DNA from: an uncultured Neisseria sp.
GTDB lineage: Bacteria; Pseudomonadota; Gammaproteobacteria; Burkholderiales; Neisseriaceae
Length of the DNA stretch: 45,559 nt
Direction of reading: 5' to 3'
NCBI GenBank assembly: GCA_927911515.1
Contig: CAKMQH010000186.1
Span: 1-45,559 of the forward strand
Shown here: piece by piece, positions 33,024 to 43,509 of the stretch
Layout: each line of letters opens with the position of its first letter
Numbering within the stretch: position 1 is the stretch's first letter
Translations under genes and position numbers: made by a program
The notes under the pieces: model-generated
What the model saw: only the letters and a program-made list of their open reading frames with translations
Database searches by the model: none
Told to the model about the DNA's origin: nothing

Positions 33024-34453
33024 TTAAGCCAGTTTGGCTTTAATCAGTTCTTGAACTTGTGCGGGATTCGCTTTGCCTTTACTAGCCTTCATCACTTGTC
33101 CCACGATCGCATTCAGGGCTTTTTCGTTGCCGGATTTGAATTGTTCCACGGCTTTTGCATTGTTTGCCAGCACTCCGTCTACCATCGCTTCAATCGCGCC
33201 GGTATCGGTCATTTGCTGCAAGCCGTGTTTTTCGATGATTTCGGCAATGGAGGCTTCAGGTTCTGCCACATGGCTTCAAAGGCTTTTTTCGCCAATTTGC
33301 TGCTTAATGTGCCGTCGGCGATTTTGCCTACCAGAGCGGCGAGGCGTGGGGCGGTAATCGGGCTGTCGGCAAGTTCCATGCCTTCTTTGTTCAGCGTGGC
33401 AGCGAGTTCGCCGTTCATCCAGTTAGCAGTCAGCTTGCCTTGTCCGCTGGCTTTGGCGGCTTCTTCAAAATAGGCAGCCTGCACGCGGCTGGCGGTGAGC
33501 AGGCGCGCGTCGTAGTCGCTCACGCCATAATCCGCCACGAAACGCGCCGCCATTTCTTTTGGCAGCTCGGGCATTTCTACTTTGGCTTTTTGCAACCGGT
33601 CGTCTGAAATGATGACGGGCAGCAAATCGGGGTCGGGGAAGTAGCGGTAGTCATGCGCGTCTTCTTTCAAACGCATCACGCGGGTTTCGCCTTTTTCCGG
33701 GTCGAACAGCATAGTTGCCTGCTGTACTTTTCCGCCGTCTTCCAAATCTCGATTTGCGCTTCTACTTCGTAATTAATCGCCTGCTCCAAGAAGCGGAAAG
33801 AATTGAGGTTTTTAATCTCGCGGCGCGTGCCGAATTCCGCTTGGCCCTTCGGACGCACGGATACGTTGGCATCGACGCGGAACGAACCTTCCGCCATGTT
33901 GCCGTCGCAGATGTCCAGCCATGTTACCAAGCTGTGCAAGGCTTTGGCGTAGGCAACGGCTTCGGCGGCGGAGCGCATTTCGGGTTCCGATACGACTTCC
34001 AACAGCGGCGTGCCGGCACGGTTCAGGTCGATACCGGTTGCACCGTTCAAGCCCTCATGCACGGATTTGCCCGCGTCTTCTTCCATGTGCGCGCGGGTGA
34101 CGTTGATGGTTTTCACATCGTCGCCAACCACGATTTCCAATTTGCCGTGTTCAACAATCGGCAAATCCAATTGGCTGATTTGATAGCCTTTGGGCAAGTC
34201 GGGGTAAAAGTAGTTTTTGCGGTCGAACACGTTTTTTCTGGTTGATTTTCGCATCCAACGCCAAGCCTAATTTGATGGCTTTTTCAACGACTTCTCGGTT
34301 CATTACCGGCAGTACGCCCGGCAGCGCGCATTCCACCACGCTGGCGTGCGCATTGGGTTCCGCACCGAATGCGGTTGATGCGCCGCTGAAGATTTTGGAT
34401 TGGGTGTTGAGCTGGACGTGGATTTCCAAGCCGATTACAGTTTCCCAAGTCAT
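33024..34453 (-). CDS. gatB: Asp/Glu-tRNA amidotransferase subunit B; three indels near 34250, 33745 and 33268
   Basis: [64 protein letters not shown]. Confidence 0.96.
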
Positions 34454-34503
34454 AAGAGGTTCTTTCAATATTTAAATGATAAAATCAAAAAAGGATTTGA
34501 GCT

Positions 34504-35356
34504 TTACTTATTTAACTGATCTTTTGCTAAAGTAATTAAATTTTTTAAGTAAAATCTTTTGTTCTTCAGAAAAATCCGTTGTTATTTGGATTCGATAGTT
34601 AGAATCATATGAGGAATCGAATAGTTCATTAATCTCAGAATCTAGTTCATCTGTTCTTTCCAGCTTGATTTCTACTTGAACTACACTTTTTCGTGGACGG
34701 AAAAAGACAAAATTACGAACTACACCACCACGTAATGCCGTGCCGATGTAGTGTTTGTTAAATTTTGGTGTTGCTGAAGGCTCTATTTCCTGTACCAGAC
34801 CGAAAATTTCATTAAATAATTTTATCGTCGCAGGTGAGGCGCGCTGTTTCCAGTAATCGATATCTGTTACTTCAGCTTTATCTTCATCGTCATCTACTAA
34901 ACCAAGTTCTACTTCATCTAATACTTTGGTAAAAGTAATGGCTATTTTATTTTCAAATTTAAATGCAGAAATTTTTAATGCAACCAAAGGAATATTCCCA
35001 TTTAATAATTGGATAATATTAAAAAATCTTGCGCTTACTTCTTCTGCGACGATAACAGCAGTATGTTTATATTGCGGGTATCTTTTCCGTTCTATATCCC
35101 AATATTCGATTGTACGGATAATATGGCTTTCATCAATTTTGCCAAGTTGGATTTCTACCTCAAAACGTTTTTTAGTCTCAATGTGTTGCAGAAGTAAATC
35201 CAATCTTCCCGCGTTGTTTTGTCTGCGTTCTTTATCCAATAAAACAATATCACCCAAACCAAGAATTTGAGGATTGTTTGCAATTAACTCTTGAATTTGT
35301 ACTTCTGAAATACCTAAACTTTTAAGGGTATTTTGTTCGGGAGAGTAAAGATCCAT
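34504..35356 (-). CDS. NucS/EndoMS-like PD-(D/E)XK nuclease with a DUF5655-like C-domain; AT-rich
   Basis: SEVQIQELIANNP..KERRQ..GRLDLLL..EVEIQLG..HIIRTIEYW..AVIVAE; C-domain FNKHYIG..NFVFFRPRK. The ORF track ends at 34508; removing one base from a homopolymer gives ...NLITLAKDQLNK ending at 34504. Confidence 0.7.
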
Positions 35357-35359
35357 ATG

Positions 35360-35674
35360 TTTATTTACCTGTAAAGAGCAAAGGATACCATTTGAAATAT
35401 CTACTTAATTGTGTTTCTAGCAAGCCTGCATTTTGGCTGTCATATCATCTAACATTTGGTAATGTAGTACATCGAACGCTTTTTGCTTTCAATTTCCTTC
35501 AAGTCTTTTCACGGAGGTGTTGTGCCAAATATCAGTAGCCGTCGTCGAGTATTGCGCCGTTCTTCTGTCAGAACAGCCTTTCGACTGTTAGTAAATCTTC
35601 TTTAATGCTAGATTTGAAATTTCGGCGCATTCTCTGCCTGTTTTGACATCAGGAAAAACAAACAGCTCCGGCAT
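35360..35674 (-). pseudogene. Probable decayed gene translationally coupled to gatA
   Basis: ATG overlaps the gatA stop (TAATG) and opens a 28-codon ORF (35588-35674), followed by about 230 bp of stop-interrupted sequence. Confidence 0.35.
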
Positions 35675-37130
35675 TATGCTTTTCCATCAGGGGTTTTTGT
35701 ATGCCAATCGCTCGCCAACTGCACTTGATGCGCTGCGCCAAGGATTTTAGCTTCGGAGAAGTGGTTGCCGATAAATTGCACGCCGATGGGTAGTCCGCTG
35801 CTACTGAAACCTGCGGGCAGGGTCAGGGCTGGCAAACCTGCCAAATTTACAGCGATGGTGTAGATGTCGGAAAGGTACATCTGCACGGGATCGTGGATGT
35901 CGCTGCCGAGTTTGGGGGCGGCGGTGGGCGCAGTTGGGGCGAGGATGAAATCACATTGCGCGAATGCCGTCTGAAAATCATTAGAAACAAGGCGGCGCAG
36001 TTTTGGGCTTTCAGGTAATAGGCGTCGTAGTAACCGTGCGACAACACATAAGTACCGATCATGATGCGGCGTTTGACTTCGCTACCGAAACCTTCGGCGC
36101 GGGTGTTGCTGTACATTTCTTCAAGGTCGCCGAATTGCGCGGCGCGGTGGCCGTAGCGTACGCCGTCGTAGCGGGAAAGGTTGGTGCTGGCTTCGGCGGA
36201 AGCGAGGACGTAGTAAGCGGGGATGGACAGGGCGGTTTGCGGCAGGGAAACTTCAATGGTTTCCGCACCTTGCGCTTTTAAGAGGTTGATGACGCTTTGC
36301 AAAGCAGCCTGTACATCGGCATCCGCGCCTTCGCCGAAATATTCCTTAGGCAGACCGATTTTCATGCCTTTGAGCGGTTTGTCCAAATCGCGGGTGTAGT
36401 CTTCTTTGCTGCGTTCCAAGCTGGTGGAATCGCGCTCGTCGAAGCTCGCCATCGCATTGAGCAAAATCGCGCAGTCTTCGGCAGTTTGCGCCATTGGGCC
36501 TGCTTGGTCGAAACTGGACGCGTAGGCAACCATGCCGAAGCGGGAAACCGTGCCGTAGGTAGGTTTGATGCCGGTGATGCCGCAGTGTGAAGCAGGCTGA
36601 CGGATAGAGCCGCCGGTATCGGAACCGAGGGCGACAGGAGCAAGACGTGCGGCAACGACCGCTGCGGAGCCGCCGGATGAACCGCCTGGGACGTGCTCAA
36701 GATTCCACGGATTTTTAGTCGCGCCGTAGAACGAGGTTTCATTGGTCGAGCCCATAGCAAACTCGTCCATGTTGGTACGGCCGAGCGTTACCATACCTTC
36801 ATTAAGCAGGTTTTGTACGACGGTGGCAGTGTAGGGGGAAACGAAATTGTCCAACATTTTGGAACTGCACGCGCTGCGCCAGCCTGTTTGGCAGAAAATA
36901 TCTTTATAGGCAATGGGTACGCCGGTAAGCGCAGAGGCGTTACCTTGCGCGATGCGCGCGTCGGCGGCACGGGCTTCGGCAAGTGTTTTGTCTTGGTCAA
37001 GGGTGATGTAGCCGTTGATTGCCGGGTTTTGCGCAGCAATGGCGGCAAGATATTCTGTTGCCAGTTCGACGGCGGAGATTTGTTTGGATTGCAGCAGTTG
37101 GCTGGCTTGTTTGAGGGTGTATTTCACCAT
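35674..37130 (-). CDS. gatA: Asp/Glu-tRNA amidotransferase subunit A; frameshift near 36002
   Basis: [57 protein letters not shown]. Confidence 0.96.
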
Positions 37131-37191
37131 GAGTTTATAAATCCAGTAAATAGTCAATAATTAGTTGATCAAATTAAGAAATGAACAAGCA

Positions 37192-38411
37192 TTATTTTTT
37201 ATTCTTCGGTTCGTAATAGATACAGTCGATTAAGGCAACTCTACCTGACCATGCTTGCTGCTCAGTTGGTTCGCCTGGTTTGGAACTATTAAACCAAGGA
37301 GTATCATAAATGCGCAGTAAAATTTCATCCCAATAGCGTTCGGCATCTAGATGTTGAGATAAACCTAATTCTTCACATATGCCTTTTTGGTTTGCTCCAT
37401 TAAAGCAAAAGAATAAATCAGGTCTTTTCATAGCCAATAATCGTGTAGAAACACCTATTGGATTCTTATAACCAATTTTTTGGAAAAGTTGGTAATATGC
37501 CAAAAAATCTTCTTTACTGACCTTGCCTGTTAAAGGGATTTTGTCAATAGCCTCGGCAACTTTTTGATTACCATTATTAATAAGGCTCCGAAATTTGCCA
37601 TTACTATGGGTGCTACCAAACCAACCATGATCTAATCGCTCTGTTTTTGAATTAGCAATATTAGGTAGACCTGAAATAAGTTTTCGATCCTCTAATTCAA
37701 TAGCAAGAAAGCTAGAATTATCCTGAAAATTTTGTTTTGAATAATCTAGCAGCGCTAATCGATCTTCAAATTGATGATTTTCATCTTGTTGGATTGTTTT
37801 GAAATAATCATCCCAAGAATACGTCAATATTTTTAGTGGATAGAATATTTTGTTTCATTCCCACTGTTTTTTTTCTGAGTATCTGTATAATGGTTAGATA
37901 ATGTATTGATTTGAGTTTTTCGTTCTTGATGAAGTACTCGATAGCGATCAATTTCATCATTACTAATTTTTTCTGCTTTATTAAAACACTCATCTTTTAA
38001 AAAATGAATTAGATCTTTGAAGACGTCATCAGACCCTCCCTGTATTAAGATCATGGTCTCTTGATTGCTACCAGCAAATGCGCCTTTAGTAAAGTTTGCA
38101 CTACCTGAAAGTAATGCCCAATCGTTCGATGCGTTCCAAAATAAATATAGCTTGGGATGAAATACGCCATCAGTCTGTTGGATAAATCCAATGTTTTCAT
38201 GCCCTTTAAATTCCTCTAAAACTTTAGGATCTGTTTGGTAGAAATGTAAGCCGATAGTTGAATGTTGGATTTTATTTCTGTGTTTCAACAGAGCGTTGAA
38301 AGCAGGATGATCTGCTGAAGCCCAAGCTATTGCAAAAGCAATTTTTGTATATTTCTCAGTTAGTTTGATAAATTTATCACTTAATTTTTTCGGAGTTGTA
38401 ATAAGTTCCAA
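37192..38411 (-). CDS. PLD-superfamily (HKD) nuclease with a C-terminal helical domain; probably one gene split by indels near 37830-37875; AT-rich
   Basis: ORF 37833-38411 has AFAIAW, HPKLYLF..LSGSANFT..NQE (Nuc/BfiI/NgoFVII-type). ORF 37192-37827 (GWFGS, VSTRLLAMKRPD, GRVALIDCIYY) starts 5 bp later with no clear SD; A-runs at the junction. SD AGGAG precedes TTG 38411. Confidence 0.75.
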
Positions 38412-38540
38412 AACGTAATTCTCCTAATTTGTAGTGCAAGTGGGGTATATGAATACACCAAGTGTAGACTGCCAATATAAAAATTAGCAGTTATTACTCG
38501 AGTTTCCACTGCGTACTATTTTTAGTAGGTCGTCTGAAAA

Positions 38541-38831
38541 TTATTCTTCAATTACCTGAGGCACGATATACAGGCGGTTGCGCACTTCAGGTGCAACGGC
38601 TTGATATTCGGCGGCATGGTCGGTTTCGGTAACTTTATCCTCACGCAGGCGCAGGGCGGCTTCGTGGGGGTGTGCCATCGGCTCGATACCGTCGGTATTC
38701 ACGCTCTGCATCTTTTCGACCATAGCGAAAATGTCGTTTAATTCTGAGAGGGTTTTGCCTTTTTCTTCCTCGGTCAGTGAAAGGCGTGAGAGTTTGGCAA
38801 TTTTTTCCACATCGGTTAAGCTTAAAGCCAT
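38541..38831 (-). CDS. gatC: Asp/Glu-tRNA amidotransferase subunit C
   Basis: MALSLTDVEKIAKLSRL..VNTDGIEPMAHP..LREDKV..YIVPQVIE. Confidence 0.95.
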   Translation of the reverse strand: MALSLTDVEKIAKLSRLSLTEEEKGKTLSELNDIFAMVEKMQSVNTDGIEPMAHPHEAALRLREDKVTETDHAAEYQAVAPEVRNRLYIVPQVIEE

Positions 38832-39058
38832 AAAAAATCCTTGTCTGATAGCAGGCACCCCCTTATTTGGGGTATCATTGCATTCTTCTTCGATCAAACG
38901 AGGAATTATAACCGAAAACTACTCAAACGGCGTGTGATTTCGCCATGCGTTTCATACGGGAAGTGGGGAGGTCGTCTGAAAAGGCGTTGTTCCCATGTTT
39001 TTAATATTTTGAATAACAATTAAATAAAATCGGTGCTGGGCCGATATTCAGGTATTTT

Positions 39059-40096
39059 ATGTTTCGTTTTTTATCCCGTTTTTTCTCCAACGATATCGCC
39101 ATTGATTTGGGTACGGCGAACACGTTGATTTATGTGCGCGGTAAAGGCATTGTTTTGGACGAGCCGTCTGTGGTGGCGGTTCAATCGGGTACGGGCGGTA
39201 AAAGCAAGATTATCGCAGTGGGTACGGAAGCCAAGAAAATGCAGGGGCGCGCGCCGCGCAATATTGAAATCGTCCGTCCTATGCAGGACGGGGTGATTGC
39301 TGATTTTACGATTGCCGAGCGTATGCTAAGCATGCTGATTAAAAAGGCCACGGAAGGTAATTCAGTCGTACCTCCGCGCGTAGTGATCTGCGTGCCGGGT
39401 GGTGCGACTCAGGTTGAACGCAAAGCGATTTTGGATTCTGCATTTGCGGCAGGGGCGTCATCTGTTCATTTGATTGAGGAGCCGATGGCGGCTGCTTTGG
39501 GTGCGGGTCTGCCGGTTGAGGATACTGTCGGCTCAATGGTAGTGGATATTGGCGGCGGCACAACGGAAATCGGTATTTTGTCTTTGAGTGGTATGGCTTA
39601 CTCCGCATCCGTCCGCGCTGCCGGTGATGAATTTGATAAAAGCATCGTGCATTATTTGCGTCGTCATCGCGGTGTACTGATTGGTGAAGCAACGGCTGAA
39701 GAGTTGAAAAAAACGATCGGCTCTGCCTATGGCTTTGCAACGGAAACCGCAATGCGGATTAAAGGTCGAGACTTGGCGGAAGGAACCCCAAAATCGTTGG
39801 CTGTTACTTCTGAGGAAGTGCGCGAAGCTCTGAGCGAAACGATTAATCAGATTATCCGTGCCGTACGCCTTGCATTGGAGCAAGTATCACCGGAATTAGC
39901 GGGTGATATTGCCGACAGGGGTATTATGCTGACGGGAGGCGGCGCACTGTTGCACGGTATGGATACGGTTTTGGCAGATGCGACGGGACTGCCTGTCGGC
40001 ATTGCTGACCAGCCTTTGAACTGTGTGGCTTATGGCGCAGGCAAAGCCTTGGATTATATTGGCAAATGGAATGCCGTTTTTGTAGATAACCCGTAA
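39059..40096 (+). CDS. mreB: Rod shape-determining actin homolog MreB
   Basis: IDLGTANTL, DGVIADF, IEEPMAAA, VDIGGGTTE, LTGGGALL; divergent from gatC. Confidence 0.96.
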   Translation: MFRFLSRFFSNDIAIDLGTANTLIYVRGKGIVLDEPSVVAVQSGTGGKSKIIAVGTEAKKMQGRAPRNIEIVRPMQDGVIADFTIAERMLSMLIKKATEGNSVVPPRVVICVPGGATQVERKAILDSAFAAGASSVHLIEEPMAAALGAGLPVEDTVGSMVVDIGGGTTEIGILSLSGMAYSASVRAAGDEFDKSIVHYLRRHRGVLIGEATAEELKKTIGSAYGFATETAMRIKGRDLAEGTPKSLAVTSEEVREALSETINQIIRAVRLALEQVSPELAGDIADRGIMLTGGGALLHGMDTVLADATGLPVGIADQPLNCVAYGAGKALDYIGKWNAVFVDNP

Positions 40097-40107
40097 GGCA
40101 GGCTGAA

Positions 40108-40949
40108 ATGGAACATTCTTCTTTACGGTTTGACGAGGCAAAGGGCCAAAAGCTGTTGCCTCGTTTTTATTGCGTATCTTTTTATTGGGTGCCGGCATTA
40201 TGGTGGCGGACGGTCGTTTCGACCTGATGCAGCCCGTCCGTACTGCGGCGGCGGAGATTCTTTATCCGGTGCAATGGTTGGCAAACCAGCCGGTACGTCT
40301 GTATCAATATATTTCCAACCAATCTCAATCGCAAACCGAGCTATTGGAACAAAACCGTTTGCTTTTAGAAGAAAATGGTCGTCTGAAAATCCAACTTCAA
40401 CGCGATAAAGTCAATCTGAGCGAATTGCAGGAGCTGAAAAAGCTATATGGTTTGCAGCAAAACGGCATACGTAATGTCATAGGAGCGGAAGTGTTGTCCA
40501 CTGGCAAAGATCCGCTGTCGGAGCGTCTGATTATCAATAAAGGCAGTGGCGAAGGGGTAGGGGCAGGCGATGCCGTTATTGATCAAAACGGCTTAATCGG
40601 ACGCGTTACCCTAGTTCATGTCAACAGCGCGGAAGTCGAATTGATGTCGGCTGCGCAAAGTATCGTTCCTGTTGCCGTTGAGCGTACGGGCGAACGCAAT
40701 CTCAGTTACGGCAACGGCGTGGGCTTGGATTTGCGCTATTTCCCGACGGGATCGGATTTGAAGCCGCAGGATGTTTTGATTACCTCCGGTTTGGACGGCA
40801 TTTATCCGGCAGGTATCCCCGTAGCGCGCGTGGATAAAGTCGTCCGCGCGTCCGGTACGCCTTATTACGACACAGAACTGACCCCGTTTGCCGCCTTGCG
40901 CCGCAGCCGCTTTGTTTTGGTTCTGTCTTCTTCCCATTCTTCTCAATAA
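40108..40949 (+). CDS. mreC: Rod shape-determining protein MreC; two +1 indels in T-runs near 40165-40185
   Basis: Start MEHSSLRF at 40108, TM, coiled coil, IINKGS..GLIGRV, TSGLDGIYPAGIPVARV. Confidence 0.92.
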
Positions 40950-40956
40950 ATCATTC

Positions 40957-41460
40957 ATGAACGATTTTGACGATTCCTACCGTGCCATGCCTGTCGGCGT
41001 GATTGCGGCAAGTTTTGCCGTAACCATGCTTGTCGATTTCATGCCTTTTCCCTTTGATGGTTTTTTCTGGTTGCCGGAACTGACCGCGCTGATGCTGCTT
41101 TATTGGTCGATGCACCATCCCCAACGTGTCGGCATGGGCATTGCGTTTTTACTCGGCTTGATAGTCGATGCCGCAACGGCAGCGACTTTGGGGCTGCACG
41201 CATTGTCTTATACGGTCATGGTGTATTTCGTATTGAACACGCGCCGTCAAATTATGCTCTACGGCCACATCATGCAGATTGGGGCGGTATTGGCAGCTTT
41301 GTTCTGCCATCAGGCGGTATTGGTGGCGGCGCGCCTGTTTCTCAACAACCAAATCATCACTTGGCAAAGTTTTATTGCGCCTTTGACCGGTGCGCTGCTT
41401 TGGCCTTTCTTGAGCCAGTTGATGCTGGTACTGACCAATTTTTATCGCGCCAACAGATAA
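40957..41460 (+). CDS. mreD: Rod shape-determining protein MreD
   Basis: WLPE..LLYW..PQRVGMGIAFLLGLIVD..LGLHAL..LLWP. Confidence 0.92.
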   Translation: MNDFDDSYRAMPVGVIAASFAVTMLVDFMPFPFDGFFWLPELTALMLLYWSMHHPQRVGMGIAFLLGLIVDAATAATLGLHALSYTVMVYFVLNTRRQIMLYGHIMQIGAVLAALFCHQAVLVAARLFLNNQIITWQSFIAPLTGALLWPFLSQLMLVLTNFYRANR

Positions 41461-41469
41461 CGTGAAACC

Positions 41470-43509
41470 ATGTCCATACTGAATACTATGAAACGTCGTC
41501 TGAAAAATGGCGGTAGCGGTAAAACACAGACTGCAAAGGCGGCGCAAGCCGATTCTTTATTGCGTCTGCTGGTGGCGTTTATCCTGATTGTGGTTTTGTT
41601 TGCCGCATTGGTGGCGCGGTTTGTCTATTTGCAGGTGTTTCGGCATGACGATTTTTCCGGACAGGCATCCAGCAACCGCATCACATTAATTCCAACCCCG
41701 CCCGTTCGCGGCGAAATCGTAGATGTCAACGGCGTACCGTTGGCAAAAAACTATCCCGTGTTTTCTCTGGAAGTCATCCCCAGCCGCATTGAAGGCAAGA
41801 TGGAAGATGTCATCGAATCACTGCGGAAGTATGTCGATATTACGCCTACTGATTTGAAACGTTTTTTACAAATATCGCGAAAGCTACCGCAAATTTGAAA
41901 ACATCCCGCTCAAGCTGCGCCTGACAGATGAAGAAGCGGCGAAATTGTCCGTGCATCTGAATGAATTTAAAGGCGTAGAAGTCAATTCGCGCACTTTCCG
42001 CGAGTATCCTTATGGCAAGCTGACTTCACACTTTTTAGGTTATATCGGACGCATCAGCGACAAAGATCAGGAAATTTTGGAAGAAGAAGGCTTGACTGCG
42101 CTCTATCGCGGCAGCACCCACATCGGCAAATCGGGGCTGGAAAAATATTATGAACCGCAGCTTCATGGCGCGCCCGGCTATCAAGAAGTGGAAAAAGACG
42201 CTTACGGCAATATTGTGCGCGTCTTGAAAAACGTACCCTCACGCATGGGGCAAACTTTGCGTTTGGGCATGGACATCCGCATGCAACAAGAGGCGGATAA
42301 AATATTGGGAGACAGGCGCGGGGCGATTGTTGCCATCAATCCGCAAGACGGTACGGTGTTGGCATTCGTTTCCAAACCATCTTTCGATCCCAACCTCTTT
42401 ATCGACGGCATCGACAGCGAAACGTGGAAAGCCTTGAATGATGACTGGAAAAAGCCGTTGGTCAACCGCGTAACGCAAGGTCTGTATCCGCCAGGCTCAA
42501 CGTTTAAGCCGTTTATGGGCATGGCTTTACTGGAAAGCGGCAAAATTACCCAAACGACGGTTGTCCCTGCGCCCGGAGCGTGGAGCATTCCCGGCAGCCG
42601 CCACGTCTTCCGAGATTCCGTACGCAGCGGTCACGGTTCGGCGAATTTGAGCAAGGCGATACAGGTGTCGTCCGATACTTTTTTCTACCGCTTGGGCTAC
42701 GAAATGGGCATAGACAAAGCGTCGCCGTATTTAGCGCAATTCGGGTTCGGTAGAAAACCGGCATCGACCTGCCCAGCGAATATACGGGCGTTTTGCCCAG
42801 TCGTGAATGGAAGGCGAAACGCTTTGCCAAATCATCTGATCCTACCGCCAAAGAATGGCGGGCAGGCGAGATGGTCTCGGTCAGCATCGGGCAGGGTTAC
42901 AATGCCTACACCCCGCTGCAAATGGCACACGCCACCGCTTCGCTCGCCAATAACGGCGTAGTTTATCAGCCGCATTTGGTGAAAGAGTTGTTGGATTTCG
43001 ACAAACGCAAAATCACACGTATCAATCCCAATCCCGAATACAAAATCCCGTTCAAACAAGACAATTTCGAATACGTCAAACAGGCGATGGAGAAAGTCTT
43101 GAAACCGGGCGGTACGGCACACCGCATCGGCGGCGGTTTGGCTTACAGCATGGGCGGCAAAACGGGTACGGCACAGGTTGTGCAAATCAAGCAGGGCGGT
43201 CGTTACAACGCCGCAGCCTTGCGCGAGCAACACCGCGACCATGCGTGGTTTATCTCGTTTGCCCCCTTGGAAAAACCTGAAATCGCTATCGCCGTGATTT
43301 TGGAAAACGGCGGCTGGGGTGCATACGCCGCACCGCTTGCCCGCAGCTTAACCGACTTTTATATGCTCAACGTCAAGCCACAGCAGTTTTCAGACGACCC
43401 CGATGCAGGCGGAATGCCCGAGCCGCAACAACACCGCACACAACCCCAACCGCCGACCATATTCCAAAAAGCCTACGGTCTGAAACAGGAGGAAGCAAAT
43501 CATGAATGA
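41470..43509 (+). CDS. mrdA: Elongation transpeptidase PBP2 (PbpX); frameshifts near 41865 and 42755
   Basis: RGEIVD, REYPYG, GKSGLEKYYE, YPPGSTFK (SxxK), SSDTFFY, SIGQG, GKTGTAQ. Confidence 0.94.

Noticed and set aside
23300..37130. rpsA, gatA and gatB as pseudogenes or programmed frameshifts
   Set aside because: Essential genes; the indels match the window-wide error pattern.
34504..38411. Prophage or classical type II R-M system at gatCAB
   Set aside because: No integrase, att repeats, phage genes or methyltransferase in the window.
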